A stretch of 64,000 nt of DNA from a virus (IMGVR_UViG_3300032007_000014); one strand, 5' to 3'; counted from the stretch's first letter, positions 50,921-60,024 are shown. Translations and numbers: made by a program. The notes: generated from the sequence alone by a model not told the origin.

Positions 50921-52030
50921 TTACTTGCCTTCGTCTTTCTTGCCGGGGGCTTTGGCGACGAGAGTCTTGCATTTCATGCAAGCTTCGTGCATGGACCACG
51001 CCATTTCATTGATGCAGGCGCCGACACCCTGGGACAGGTTCTGAATGGCTTCGAATTTGGCGCGCAGAATGAGTTTCTTCTGTGCATCATATTCTTTCTC
51101 TTCTTTCGTGCGCTTGTCGTTGAACCAATCACGAATTCTGGCGAAGAAGCCGCGCTTGTCCTGCATGGCTTTGTCGAACTCTTTGTTGCGAGCTTTCGCC
51201 GCTTCATAGATCGACTGGAATTCCTTCACAAGATCGCCGAGATCTTTGCAGGTCTGCTGAAGCGTACGTGCATCGAAACCATGCTCACGCAGGGTCTTCA
51301 TTTCACGTTCCGGAAGGTTGTTCCTCCAGCCATTCCACCACTGTGCATTTTCGTCGATGGTCCAGCTGTCGGGAGCACCCCACAGTTTGCCGGCGGTACG
51401 CTCGATGTCAGCCAGTTTGAACTTCTCATCGAAGATTTCGGAAACAGGTTTCTTCAGGAGCTTGATGCAATCCTGACAGGCCTTGATCTGAGAGGAGAAC
51501 TGCTTGAAGGAGTAGCTGTTGACAGCGACTTCATCGAGTGCTTCATTGACTTTGTTGCCGAATGCCTCATCCAGAGAACGGACGTAGTTGTAGTACTCTT
51601 CGTACTTGCTGTAGAATTTGGCTGCGCCGGCAAGTCCCATGACAACCGATGCAACGATTGCGATGGCATATGCGGTGAGAAGAGCTTCAACAAGCGCTTC
51701 ATTGGATGCTTCGACATCACCCTTCGCAAGGTCAAGGCATTTGCCGACAAATTCCTGGTCGTCCATGGTGGACAGAGCTTCAACCGAGCATCCGAATGCA
51801 TCGGCAAGATCCTGACGCAGTTCAGGTGTCAGAGTCTCGACAGCGACTTTGCCGATGGCTTCGCGACGAGCGGCGATGGTCTCAAAGGACTTCTCGATCG
51901 CGGTAGCCGCTTCGAACTGAGCCATCTCCTTGTTGAATTTGCGCTCAAGCTGGATGTCGTGCTGAAGGTCTTCCAGAGTGAAAGCTTCAACAGATGCAGC
52001 AGGAGCTGATTTCTGTGACGAGAATTTCAT
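50921..52030 (-). CDS. Putative internal head protein with TM helix
   Basis: MKFSSQ...ASVE, CSVE and ASNE sites followed by a hydrophobic helix; GAGGA RBS. Confidence 0.75.
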   Translation of the reverse strand: MKFSSQKSAPAASVEAFTLEDLQHDIQLERKFNKEMAQFEAATAIEKSFETIAARREAIGKVAVETLTPELRQDLADAFGCSVEALSTMDDQEFVGKCLDLAKGDVEASNEALVEALLTAYAIAIVASVVMGLAGAAKFYSKYEEYYNYVRSLDEAFGNKVNEALDEVAVNSYSFKQFSSQIKACQDCIKLLKKPVSEIFDEKFKLADIERTAGKLWGAPDSWTIDENAQWWNGWRNNLPEREMKTLREHGFDARTLQQTCKDLGDLVKEFQSIYEAAKARNKEFDKAMQDKRGFFARIRDWFNDKRTKEEKEYDAQKKLILRAKFEAIQNLSQGVGACINEMAWSMHEACMKCKTLVAKAPGKKDEGK

Positions 52031-52126
52031 TGTATGGTATCCTCTTGTTTTCACACGTGTTGATTGAGCGAGAACACACTTTATGACAGCCTCGTCAAAA
52101 AAAACAGTCACCGACACTGATTATTT

Positions 52127-52161
52127 TTCTTCAACTATGCTATCATAGCATAGTTGAAGAA
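52127..52161 (-). promoter_or_regulatory. Palindromic element P3 between divergent head genes (central TATG points at 52030)
   Basis: TTCTTCAACTATGCTAT-C-ATAGCATAGTTGAAGAA, 17-bp arms. Confidence 0.75.
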
Positions 52162-52251
52162 GGACAAGTGTGTCGTCAATCGTTTTTTTTTGATAACTGC
52201 TATCACCGTGTGTTTAGCTCATAGCCATAACAACAAACAAAGGTGATTTAC

Positions 52252-53271
52252 ATGAAATTCACTTCAACTGTCAAAGACAATCACGAAGGACTCTCTGATG
52301 TTGAGTTCTACGCACTTGTCGACAACATGAATGGAGATCTTGATGCACTTGATCGTGAAGACGATGCATCGAGTGCTGTCATTCTGAACAACCTCCATTC
52401 ACTGGAAGCTCTGATCGGATGCACGACAGAAGATTTCGTGAAGGACTTCTGTGCATCGAATGAAGATCTCGCATCCATGTACAATGGTGATCTGGAAGCA
52501 TTCAAGAAAAGCGTCCATGATGAGATCGTGTCCATGGAAGGCGTCATTGACGAATGGTTCGGCGATGGCATCATCAAGGCTCTGGTTGGTCGTAAGATGA
52601 CCACGCTCGAATATCTGAAACCAGCTCTTGATGAATGCGAACAGAGACTCGCTCAGTGCGACGAAAAGAAGGTCGAGTCTCGTGCGAAGATCTGGATCTT
52701 CGGTCGTGTCATCTCTCGTTTCCTCCCCTCAACAGATGCCTACTACAAGAACATCGCCGCTCTCGAAAAGGCGGCTGGTGTTGTCAAGAGTTTCTCCAGT
52801 CTTGACAAGTTCGAGGCCCCCAAAGTGATGGATGCTCTCAAGGACTCCACCTATTGGAATGCGGCAAAAGGAAAACTGAAAGGTCAGTCTGACAACGACT
52901 GGGCTTATGTTGCCATTCGTTCACTTCCTGCACTTCCGTATGTTGGATTTGCTGCTGGCATCCACAATGCATTTTTCTGGGATCCCGACAAACCGGTGTC
53001 CACTCGTGGATGGAAATCCAAAGCTGATTTCGAGAACGGCATCAAAGAAGCAAGGAAGCTCATCAAGATCATGGAAGAGACTGATGCTGCTTGCAAGAAA
53101 CTTCTCGGAAATGCGCAGCCTGAACTGAAGAAACAGGGACATGAAGCTGCATCTGTGTGCAAGTTCATTGTCGCAGAGTGCGGACATCTTGGACGTGGTA
53201 TCGTGACCGCAGCTAAGAAAGTCACTTCTGGATTTTTCGGACGAGTTGGACGCAATATCGTCCACGCATAA
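52252..53271 (+). CDS. Putative internal head protein
   Basis: MKFTST leader; SLE, SNE and SME-G cleavage-like sites; acidic pro-region and basic mature region. Confidence 0.75.
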   Translation: MKFTSTVKDNHEGLSDVEFYALVDNMNGDLDALDREDDASSAVILNNLHSLEALIGCTTEDFVKDFCASNEDLASMYNGDLEAFKKSVHDEIVSMEGVIDEWFGDGIIKALVGRKMTTLEYLKPALDECEQRLAQCDEKKVESRAKIWIFGRVISRFLPSTDAYYKNIAALEKAAGVVKSFSSLDKFEAPKVMDALKDSTYWNAAKGKLKGQSDNDWAYVAIRSLPALPYVGFAAGIHNAFFWDPDKPVSTRGWKSKADFENGIKEARKLIKIMEETDAACKKLLGNAQPELKKQGHEAASVCKFIVAECGHLGRGIVTAAKKVTSGFFGRVGRNIVHA

Positions 53272-53285
53272 CAAACAAATACATC

Positions 53286-53322
53286 AACACTATCCACTCT
53301 CGCAATGAGAGTGGATAGTGTT
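53286..53322. terminator. Bidirectional terminator
   Basis: 16-bp perfect stem between convergent genes. Confidence 0.75.
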
Positions 53323-53333
53323 ATTTGAAACAA

Positions 53334-54371
53334 TTATTCTTTTCCAAATGAAACCATTTTTTTATCGGAATCAGTATTACTTCCAAGACCATAACCTGCT
53401 CTGAGTGCAGATGCAAGTTTTTTCATGATGGTGATGTCTGTCCGGAAAAGATTCAAGACATCTTTGATAAACTTTGGAAGTTGTGTTTTTGCGGCGGAAA
53501 TGAGTGCTTTCGTTTCAACCTTTCCATCATCTTTCGCCTTAGTGAACCGACGCAATTCTTTCTTGATATCGTCAAGCGTGTGTTTGCAAGATATAAGCAT
53601 ATCTGCCGCGGAGATAATATCCAAAGGTGTTCGCTTGGGATCGTAGCCAAGTTTTTTGAGTGATTCTTGAGGATCCCCACCACCACCATCCATCAGGATA
53701 CTCATACCAGTAACAAACCAATCCACTTCGATGCCGAACACACCAGGAACATTCTTTTTGGTCGTATCAATTCCGACGACTTTGGTACGACCTTTGTTTG
53801 ATTCGAGAACATTGTTGATTTCACTGATGGATTTTGATGGCACGTCGAAATCAAACTTTTTGACAACTGCCGCCACGGTGCCTGTCAGCGTAGCAATATC
53901 ATGAGTGAAGTCAAGAAATTTTGATCTCTCAATCATTGCAGCTGCAACAAACTTCGATTCATCGAACTGAAGTTTACCTCCTCGCGAATCTTCAACAATT
54001 TTCTTGGAGAATGCCACGAGTGCATTGCAAGAATGTTCAACGCCGACGATATATTTATCAATGAATTCGATGATTTTGTCAATCACTGTTTTCATGATTT
54101 CGGCAATCGACTGAACAAGTCCTTCCAGACATGCATCCTTATCATCGATACGGATGTTCATGCTCTGCAAAGTACCTCCAACGAGATCCATCACAGGTTC
54201 GGTTATACCGAACTTTTCGATATTCTGCTGAAGCATCTGAAGATCGTTGAGTTCTTCAAATGCCTGATCAAGAGATGATGTATCGAGAGTATTCATCAGT
54301 GCTTCCACTGATGCAATATCCTCTACAACCAAATCCTGAACAGTAGAATTTGATTCGAGTTTGAATTTCAT
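53334..54371 (-). CDS. Internal head protein paralogue
   Basis: MKFKLE...NIEKFGITEPVMDLVGGTL...ACLE-G. Confidence 0.78.
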   Translation of the reverse strand: MKFKLESNSTVQDLVVEDIASVEALMNTLDTSSLDQAFEELNDLQMLQQNIEKFGITEPVMDLVGGTLQSMNIRIDDKDACLEGLVQSIAEIMKTVIDKIIEFIDKYIVGVEHSCNALVAFSKKIVEDSRGGKLQFDESKFVAAAMIERSKFLDFTHDIATLTGTVAAVVKKFDFDVPSKSISEINNVLESNKGRTKVVGIDTTKKNVPGVFGIEVDWFVTGMSILMDGGGGDPQESLKKLGYDPKRTPLDIISAADMLISCKHTLDDIKKELRRFTKAKDDGKVETKALISAAKTQLPKFIKDVLNLFRTDITIMKKLASALRAGYGLGSNTDSDKKMVSFGKE

Positions 54372-54427
54372 TTTGTTGTATCCTTCGTTGAATGCTGACA
54401 CACTGATGTCTTGCTATACACACGTAG

Positions 54428-54458
54428 TCAAGACAATGCTATGATAGCATTGTCTTGA
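54428..54458 (+). promoter_or_regulatory. Palindromic element P4 (TATG points away from gene 54371)
   Basis: TCAAGACAATGCTAT-G-ATAGCATTGTCTTGA, 15-bp arms. Confidence 0.75.
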
Positions 54459-54465
54459 AATAAAA

Positions 54466-54499
54466 ACTAGAGAAGGAGCAGCAACGCTCCTTCTCTAGT
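54466..54499. terminator. Terminator hairpin sharing its stem with 57507-57542
   Basis: ACTAGAGAAGGAG.../...CTCCTTCTCTAGT. Confidence 0.75.
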
Positions 54500-54511
54500 G
54501 TATAGAAAAAG

Positions 54512-55420
54512 TCAGTTATTTGTTTGTTCTTTTTCAGATTCATGAAACTTTTGTCCATAACTTTTCCCACTCGTATAAATGCGATTGAGAATTGTTGCAA
54601 GTTTCATACATCCTGAAAGACAGTCTTTTGAACCCTTTAAGAAGTATTCTACAGATTTGTTTTCACTCTCGTTCAGAATATTTCTTGCAGCATAAAGTCT
54701 TTCATTCTTGAATACTTCATTCCTCAAATAATCACAAAGTTTTCCAATTTTCTTCACAGATGAATCCGCTTCAATCATAGTCGTCTGGATTACATCTTGT
54801 GGAGTGGAATAACCTTTTTTCTTATAATTGGATTCAGCGTCATCCATTGATGCTACAAGTTCATCAGAGATTTCGATATTTCCAGCATCATTGATTTTGA
54901 AGAGCAATCTATGCATCTTCACCATATGTTCGCCGCTCCAATCAACATCATTACCTGATGCAAAATCTGCAATATCTTTCATGAATTTTTTATCTGGGAT
55001 GCCATGCATAGAAATCGTCAGACCTTTATCTTGAAACTTTTTGACAGTATCTGAAATTTCTTTTGCTTCCTTTGGATCGTGTTTGTTGATGATACCTTTG
55101 ATAAAGGTAATGATCTTATCAACAAGCTGTTTGATGAACTCCCAGACTTTCTTGGATCCTTCTTTCAGTTTGTCACCGAGTCCTTCAAGACAAGCTTCCT
55201 TGTTCTGAATAGAGATGTTCCAGGACTCAAGTGTCCCACCGATCAGATCCATGACAGGTTCCGTGATGCCATATTTTTCAATATTGGCATGCAGTAGAAC
55301 CAGATCATCGAGATTCTCAGCAGCTTCGCACAGATCAACATTCAGAAGAGTGTTGATATCCTGTTCAAGAGCGCTGAAATCCACAGGTGTTTCTGATTTC
55401 AGGTTTGATTTGAATTTCAT
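54512..55420 (-). CDS. Internal head protein paralogue
   Basis: MKFKSN...NIEKYGITEPVMDLIGGTL...ACLE-G...VWEFIKQLVDKI. Confidence 0.78.
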   Translation of the reverse strand: MKFKSNLKSETPVDFSALEQDINTLLNVDLCEAAENLDDLVLLHANIEKYGITEPVMDLIGGTLESWNISIQNKEACLEGLGDKLKEGSKKVWEFIKQLVDKIITFIKGIINKHDPKEAKEISDTVKKFQDKGLTISMHGIPDKKFMKDIADFASGNDVDWSGEHMVKMHRLLFKINDAGNIEISDELVASMDDAESNYKKKGYSTPQDVIQTTMIEADSSVKKIGKLCDYLRNEVFKNERLYAARNILNESENKSVEYFLKGSKDCLSGCMKLATILNRIYTSGKSYGQKFHESEKEQTNN

Positions 55421-55505
55421 GGCGTTTACTCACTTTGTTGTGATTTGTATAAGAACAAGAAGACACACATATGAAAATTATCGTCAGCAGATTGACACTA
55501 TCTAG

Positions 55506-55536
55506 TCTCAACGATACTATGATAGTATCGTTGAGA
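55506..55536 (+). promoter_or_regulatory. Palindromic element P5 (TATG points away from gene 55420)
   Basis: 31-mer identical to P2. Confidence 0.75.
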
Positions 55537-55584
55537 AATCACACAAAAAAGAGACCCTCGTGAGAGGGATCTCTTAGCACCGGT

Positions 55585-55800
55585 TTATTTTCCGGTGCAC
55601 AGTCCTGCGGGTATCGCATACCCGCGGAACCCGAACCAAGCGTCCGGATTCACACTGACGTGCGATGTTTTGGGGTTCCGCATGGCCACCAGTTTGCTGA
55701 TGACCAGTCTTCTCTGGGCGGCAGGGAGCCGCCGCACAAAAGCAGCGGCTTCCACGAAGTCCTCGGAGGTGTACTCCGAGATCGGTTTGCGCAAATCCAT
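55585..55800 (-). CDS. Small stand-alone early protein (71 aa)
   Basis: GAGGAG RBS; TATATTAC at 55837-55844; own terminator near 55550-55573. Confidence 0.7.
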   Translation of the reverse strand: MDLRKPISEYTSEDFVEAAAFVRRLPAAQRRLVISKLVAMRNPKTSHVSVNPDAWFGFRGYAIPAGLCTGK

Positions 55801-55916
55801 GTTTCAATCTCCTCATTGTTGTTGGATTTCACACGTGTAATATATGCTCTAAATAACATCACCTACAGGGAGAATATCCCTGTAGGTGATGCTAATGAAA
55901 TCAAGTATGTTCTCGA

Positions 55917-57398
55917 TCAATAGATGATGTCAGAAGGTCCACAATCAACAGCTTTACCGTCGACCACAATAAGACCAACGCCATGTTCTTCATCCCATAC
56001 ATCAGGTGTAGAATATCTACCTGTGAGAACAATACCCACAGCAGCTTTCCACTTACCACCCTGTTTGATGTAAGTTCCAACAGGATATGCAGACTCAAAG
56101 TCCTTCTTCAAATCAGCATAAGTCAGTTTCTTACGTTTCGAAGTCTCAGTGACACTGTCGTGATAGATCTGACACCGATTTAGAATCATGTCAGCAGCAC
56201 TTTCAATGATCTTGTCAATCTTTGGTATCACCATGTTGAATTGATCAACCATATTTGTGTCGATACCAAATTGAGACAATTTTGAAGTTTGTCCACCAAT
56301 TGTCCGATCAACACCGCATTCAAGATACACACCACATGCCACTTGTTTCCCGAATACCGTGAAACGGATCTTCGCGACATATCCTCCCTCAAGATCTCCC
56401 TTCATGGAAGCAGGATTGAAAGATTCAAGAGAAGATCCGCATTCTGTATATGCTTTCATGTTCTCATACATGAAGCTTTCAACAGATGCATCAGATCCGT
56501 AATAACCTTCAACTCCTGCGAACACAGAAACAACTTTGTCATCGCGAATGCTGAGACCAATGTTGAGTTTTCTGCTCACGATGGAGGACTTGTTCACCTT
56601 GACATTCTCATCAATCTTCTTGAGAGATTTGACAACTTTGTCAAAGGTATTTGGAATGAGTGTGACTGCATTGCACACAACATTGACGTCATCGAAGAAT
56701 TCAACTCCTTCAACCTGTGCGTCATCATTGTAGTACACGTGCATGTAACCGAAGTCATCGACAGGGTATTTCTTTGACTTGGTTTTCTTAAATTCCTTGA
56801 AGGATCCTTCACCCATCTTGGAACGAAGTTGGTCTCTCTTGGTACCGAATTTGATACCACCAGCTTCTTTTCCTGGATTGATGCTGATGGACTTGGGTTT
56901 ATTGGACCCATTCAACCCTTCAAGACCTTCTGATGATTTGTCACCAAATGACTCTTTGTATTCGTTTTCAATGAACGCAAAAAGTTTCATGGATTTGGTG
57001 GATTTCTCATCGAACACAGGACTTGAGTCATGTTGATACCAAGACACTTTGTCTGATGAATCAGCACAAAGATGGTTACCAAATCCATCACTTCCGACAA
57101 CAACACGATCGATCTTTTTATTCTTAAGACGATCATCGTCTTCGAATAATGATCGTGTCTGTTCAATTGCAAGCTTCAGATCGCTCACATATTCTGTGCT
57201 CTTGCTGAAGTACAAACCTGCATATTTTTTGAAGAACTCTTTTGTTTGTGAGCCAAACTTGATTCCAAGTTCTTCTTCAGCTTTCTTGATGTCAGCGTCA
57301 GATGCCATGTATTCCTTCTTGGAAGTCCACACTTTTCCTGGAGTAAGTGGTATCTGAAGATTTTCAAGAGATGCTTGAAAACTTGTTTTGAAAATCAT
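55917..57398 (-). CDS. Head-packaged multidomain protein with SMI1/KNR4 (SUKH) and other immunity-like domains
   Basis: ASDADIKKAEEELGIKF..TKEFFKKYAG...DGFGNHLC; INPGKEAGGIKFG; WDEEHGVG; SxE sites in the linkers. Confidence 0.75.
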   Translation of the reverse strand: MIFKTSFQASLENLQIPLTPGKVWTSKKEYMASDADIKKAEEELGIKFGSQTKEFFKKYAGLYFSKSTEYVSDLKLAIEQTRSLFEDDDRLKNKKIDRVVVGSDGFGNHLCADSSDKVSWYQHDSSPVFDEKSTKSMKLFAFIENEYKESFGDKSSEGLEGLNGSNKPKSISINPGKEAGGIKFGTKRDQLRSKMGEGSFKEFKKTKSKKYPVDDFGYMHVYYNDDAQVEGVEFFDDVNVVCNAVTLIPNTFDKVVKSLKKIDENVKVNKSSIVSRKLNIGLSIRDDKVVSVFAGVEGYYGSDASVESFMYENMKAYTECGSSLESFNPASMKGDLEGGYVAKIRFTVFGKQVACGVYLECGVDRTIGGQTSKLSQFGIDTNMVDQFNMVIPKIDKIIESAADMILNRCQIYHDSVTETSKRKKLTYADLKKDFESAYPVGTYIKQGGKWKAAVGIVLTGRYSTPDVWDEEHGVGLIVVDGKAVDCGPSDIIY

Positions 57399-57469
57399 GT
57401 CAACTCCTTATGAATTGATATTGAAGATAACACACATGATAGAAGTTGCTCCGATCTATCGACACCTAG

Positions 57470-57500
57470 TCAGATCAATACTATCATAGTATTGATCTGA
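57470..57500 (-). promoter_or_regulatory. Palindromic element P6 (TATG points at gene 57398)
   Basis: TCAGATCAATACTAT-C-ATAGTATTGATCTGA, 15-bp arms. Confidence 0.75.
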
Positions 57501-57506
57501 AATATC

Positions 57507-57542
57507 ACTAGAGAAGGAGTCAGATCTGACTCCTTCTCTAGT
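57507..57542. terminator. Terminator (36-bp perfect palindrome)
   Basis: ACTAGAGAAGGAGTCAGATCTGACTCCTTCTCTAGT downstream of 57558-58439. Confidence 0.7.
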
Positions 57543-57557
57543 TAAGATATAATGAAC

Positions 57558-58439
57558 TCAGTTCGAAGCTTTGTCAAGTTTGACTGCAATCCTTGATGCA
57601 GATCTCACTGATTTGGCAATGTAAGGCATAAGCTTACTGATGAGTTTGCTCACCAGTTTGAAAGACTCTGCTTCATCATTGTCTTTCACATTGGCAGACG
57701 AAGCAACCTTCTTTGCATATGCAACACATTCATTGGAGAACTTGATCAGTCCACCATATGCATCAATCATACGAATGGAATCATCGAGAACGTTGTCAAT
57801 GGAAGAGTATCCTTTGACAGACAACTTGATGTCATCACATGCATCGATGAACTTCTGATCCAGCTCCAAGGTACCTGCGTTCTGATCAATGGTCCCCAGT
57901 TTGATCACAGCATTCAGTCCCTTCAGGAATCCCCATACAGAAGTTGTCACACTACTCACCTTGGTGTTACCAAGTTGAATAATGGAGTTGACATACTTGG
58001 AGGGGATAAGACCTGTTGCATCTGTGTACTGATCCAACCTTTTACCAGACAGTTTCTTCTTCAGATTGATCAGTCTTTCTCTGTTGAACTTGACCAGTTG
58101 TTCATTGACCCAATCCCTGATCTTCTCATAGATACGAACAATGAACTCCCAGATTTTACGAGCGCCTTCTTTGATGCGCTCTGCAAGATCTTCAAGACAC
58201 TTGTCTTTGTCAGTGATGTTGATATTCCATTCTTGAAGAGTACCACCCACAAGATCCATAACTGGATCTGTGATACCATACTTCTCAATGTTGGAATAGA
58301 GAATCTGACAATCACTGATGATAGATTCCATAGATTCCAATTCTGTGAAATCAATAACACAGATATCCTCCATCGAATCACTCAATGATTCCATATTTGG
58401 AATTGTCTGCTCGACAACTCCTGTTTGTTTGAATTTCAT
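57558..58439 (-). CDS. Internal head protein paralogue
   Basis: MKFKQT...NIEKYGITDPVMDLVGGTL...KCLE...IWEFIVRIYEKI. Confidence 0.78.
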   Translation of the reverse strand: MKFKQTGVVEQTIPNMESLSDSMEDICVIDFTELESMESIISDCQILYSNIEKYGITDPVMDLVGGTLQEWNINITDKDKCLEDLAERIKEGARKIWEFIVRIYEKIRDWVNEQLVKFNRERLINLKKKLSGKRLDQYTDATGLIPSKYVNSIIQLGNTKVSSVTTSVWGFLKGLNAVIKLGTIDQNAGTLELDQKFIDACDDIKLSVKGYSSIDNVLDDSIRMIDAYGGLIKFSNECVAYAKKVASSANVKDNDEAESFKLVSKLISKLMPYIAKSVRSASRIAVKLDKASN

Positions 58440-58479
58440 AACTCACCCTTCATTGCATTAAAGTGTGCCTAAATACCGT

Positions 58480-58490
58480 CATAGTATCGT
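58480..58490 (-). promoter_or_regulatory. Unpaired late-promoter half-site ACGATACTATG
   Basis: Identical to the inner arm plus centre of P2/P5 but with no partner arm; faces gene 58439. Confidence 0.72.
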
Positions 58491-58542
58491 CCGAATAAAA
58501 AAAAGAGACCTCGGGTGGGTGATACCCGAGGTCTTCTTTTGT

Positions 58543-58971
58543 TTAACTTTTTGGATTTGGAGAAAACCAATCAAAAAACCAAAATTTTGGAATCAGATCG
58601 AGCATCCAAAATTCATGTTCGTAAATCACAGTCTTCGGATGATATGAGACAGTTACTTGTTCAAACTTGTGTGGACGAATAGTGCTTGATGCGCTGAACA
58701 CCCATCCAAGCTTATCATCCCACTCGTGAAAGTGTTGTATGATCATATTTGTCACTTTCCAACTGTGTATATCAACCTTTTTCTTACAATGACGAATGTT
58801 GTTGACATACACAAAAGATATCCAACTATGATCTCCTTTCTCATATTCTGAAATCACAACATAGTGATCTGGATTTTTTGTTATTGGACCACGACGATAA
58901 CATTTTATCCAAGGTTTGACTCCAAACAGAAAGATTCTGTAACTCCTGTACTTTTCACTTTCTCTTTTCAT
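58543..58971 (-). CDS. Hypothetical early protein
   Basis: AAGGA RBS, ATG 58971; TATATTAC at 59020-59027. Confidence 0.65.
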   Translation of the reverse strand: MKRESEKYRSYRIFLFGVKPWIKCYRRGPITKNPDHYVVISEYEKGDHSWISFVYVNNIRHCKKKVDIHSWKVTNMIIQHFHEWDDKLGWVFSASSTIRPHKFEQVTVSYHPKTVIYEHEFWMLDLIPKFWFFDWFSPNPKS

Positions 58972-59089
58972 GATGCATTTCCTTTCTTGATTTAAGGTTT
59001 GAGTGCGCACGTCACTTGAGTAATATATGCATTAAAAGAGAAGAGAGACACGATGTCTCTCTTCTCTTGACAGAATGTGTTATATTCCC

Positions 59090-59119
59090 TTCAACATAAC
59101 TATTCATAGTTATGTTGAA
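59090..59119 (-). promoter_or_regulatory. Palindromic element P7 (TATG points away from gene 59148)
   Basis: TTCAACATAACTAT-TC-ATAGTTATGTTGAA; differs from P1 by one compensated base pair. Confidence 0.75.
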
Positions 59120-59147
59120 TTCTAGCACAAACAAGGAGATTACTCAA

Positions 59148-59963
59148 ATGGCATTCCCTACAAAAGTAGTACCGTTTTCACAAGCATGTAAGACATGGTT
59201 GAATAACACATATGCTCCAAAGATTCATTATCATGATGATCGATACAGTAAATTAGGTCACACGCATCCAGATAGTATTGCAGGTAATATGCCAGATTTT
59301 TCAAGATCAAAATCACTCGGTGCTCAAGAAGTATGGAAATCACGCACATCTGAATGCTACAAAGAACCAGGTACTAATAACACTGTAACTGGTGGATGTC
59401 CGTACGTCCTCAAAATAAAACACCCGTGTTATGTCATACTACAATTCCAAGATGTCTCGAAGGCTACTGGTGACTCTGAATGGGGGATGTGGTGGGGTAC
59501 TAATTATCGTCACGTATGTGCACTCAATCAAGCTGACGACAACAACACCGGAACAGCTATCAGAAAAATGACAGATGCCAATGGTTTTTCAGGACTCAGT
59601 TATGGAGTGAATTTCTTTACATTCTTTCGAATTTGTGATAACATTGAAACTGCTGGAACCATTGCATTACCAATGACCAATACTGATTGGTACTACAGAC
59701 CATACATTGGTTCTGGAGGGTCGAGGAATGAAGCTTGGGAGAGCTTTGATTTTAAACTGATACCCATGCTTGGCACTCCATCAGGAACATTGTTAGTAGA
59801 GAGATACATGTTTACCGCAGACAATAGTGTATCATCCATTCTCAATTCTAATGTTACATTAGGAACCATGAGTGGGAATAACAATGTGATGACATATTAC
59901 AACAAGGATTCGAATCCTACAGAAAGCATGTCTATAACTAGACCAGGAAAATTTTATGCATGA
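59148..59963 (+). CDS. Tail-fibre-tip/receptor-binding paralogue (MAFPTK family)
   Basis: MAFPTKVVPFS...HYHDDRYSKLGHTH then MPDF; divergent beta-rich C-terminus. Confidence 0.72.
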   Translation: MAFPTKVVPFSQACKTWLNNTYAPKIHYHDDRYSKLGHTHPDSIAGNMPDFSRSKSLGAQEVWKSRTSECYKEPGTNNTVTGGCPYVLKIKHPCYVILQFQDVSKATGDSEWGMWWGTNYRHVCALNQADDNNTGTAIRKMTDANGFSGLSYGVNFFTFFRICDNIETAGTIALPMTNTDWYYRPYIGSGGSRNEAWESFDFKLIPMLGTPSGTLLVERYMFTADNSVSSILNSNVTLGTMSGNNNVMTYYNKDSNPTESMSITRPGKFYA

Positions 59964-60024
59964 TACAAGAGACAAGAGGAGATGTCTCCTCTTGTCTCTT
60001 ATTCATTATTTTGTTAGTTTGGTA

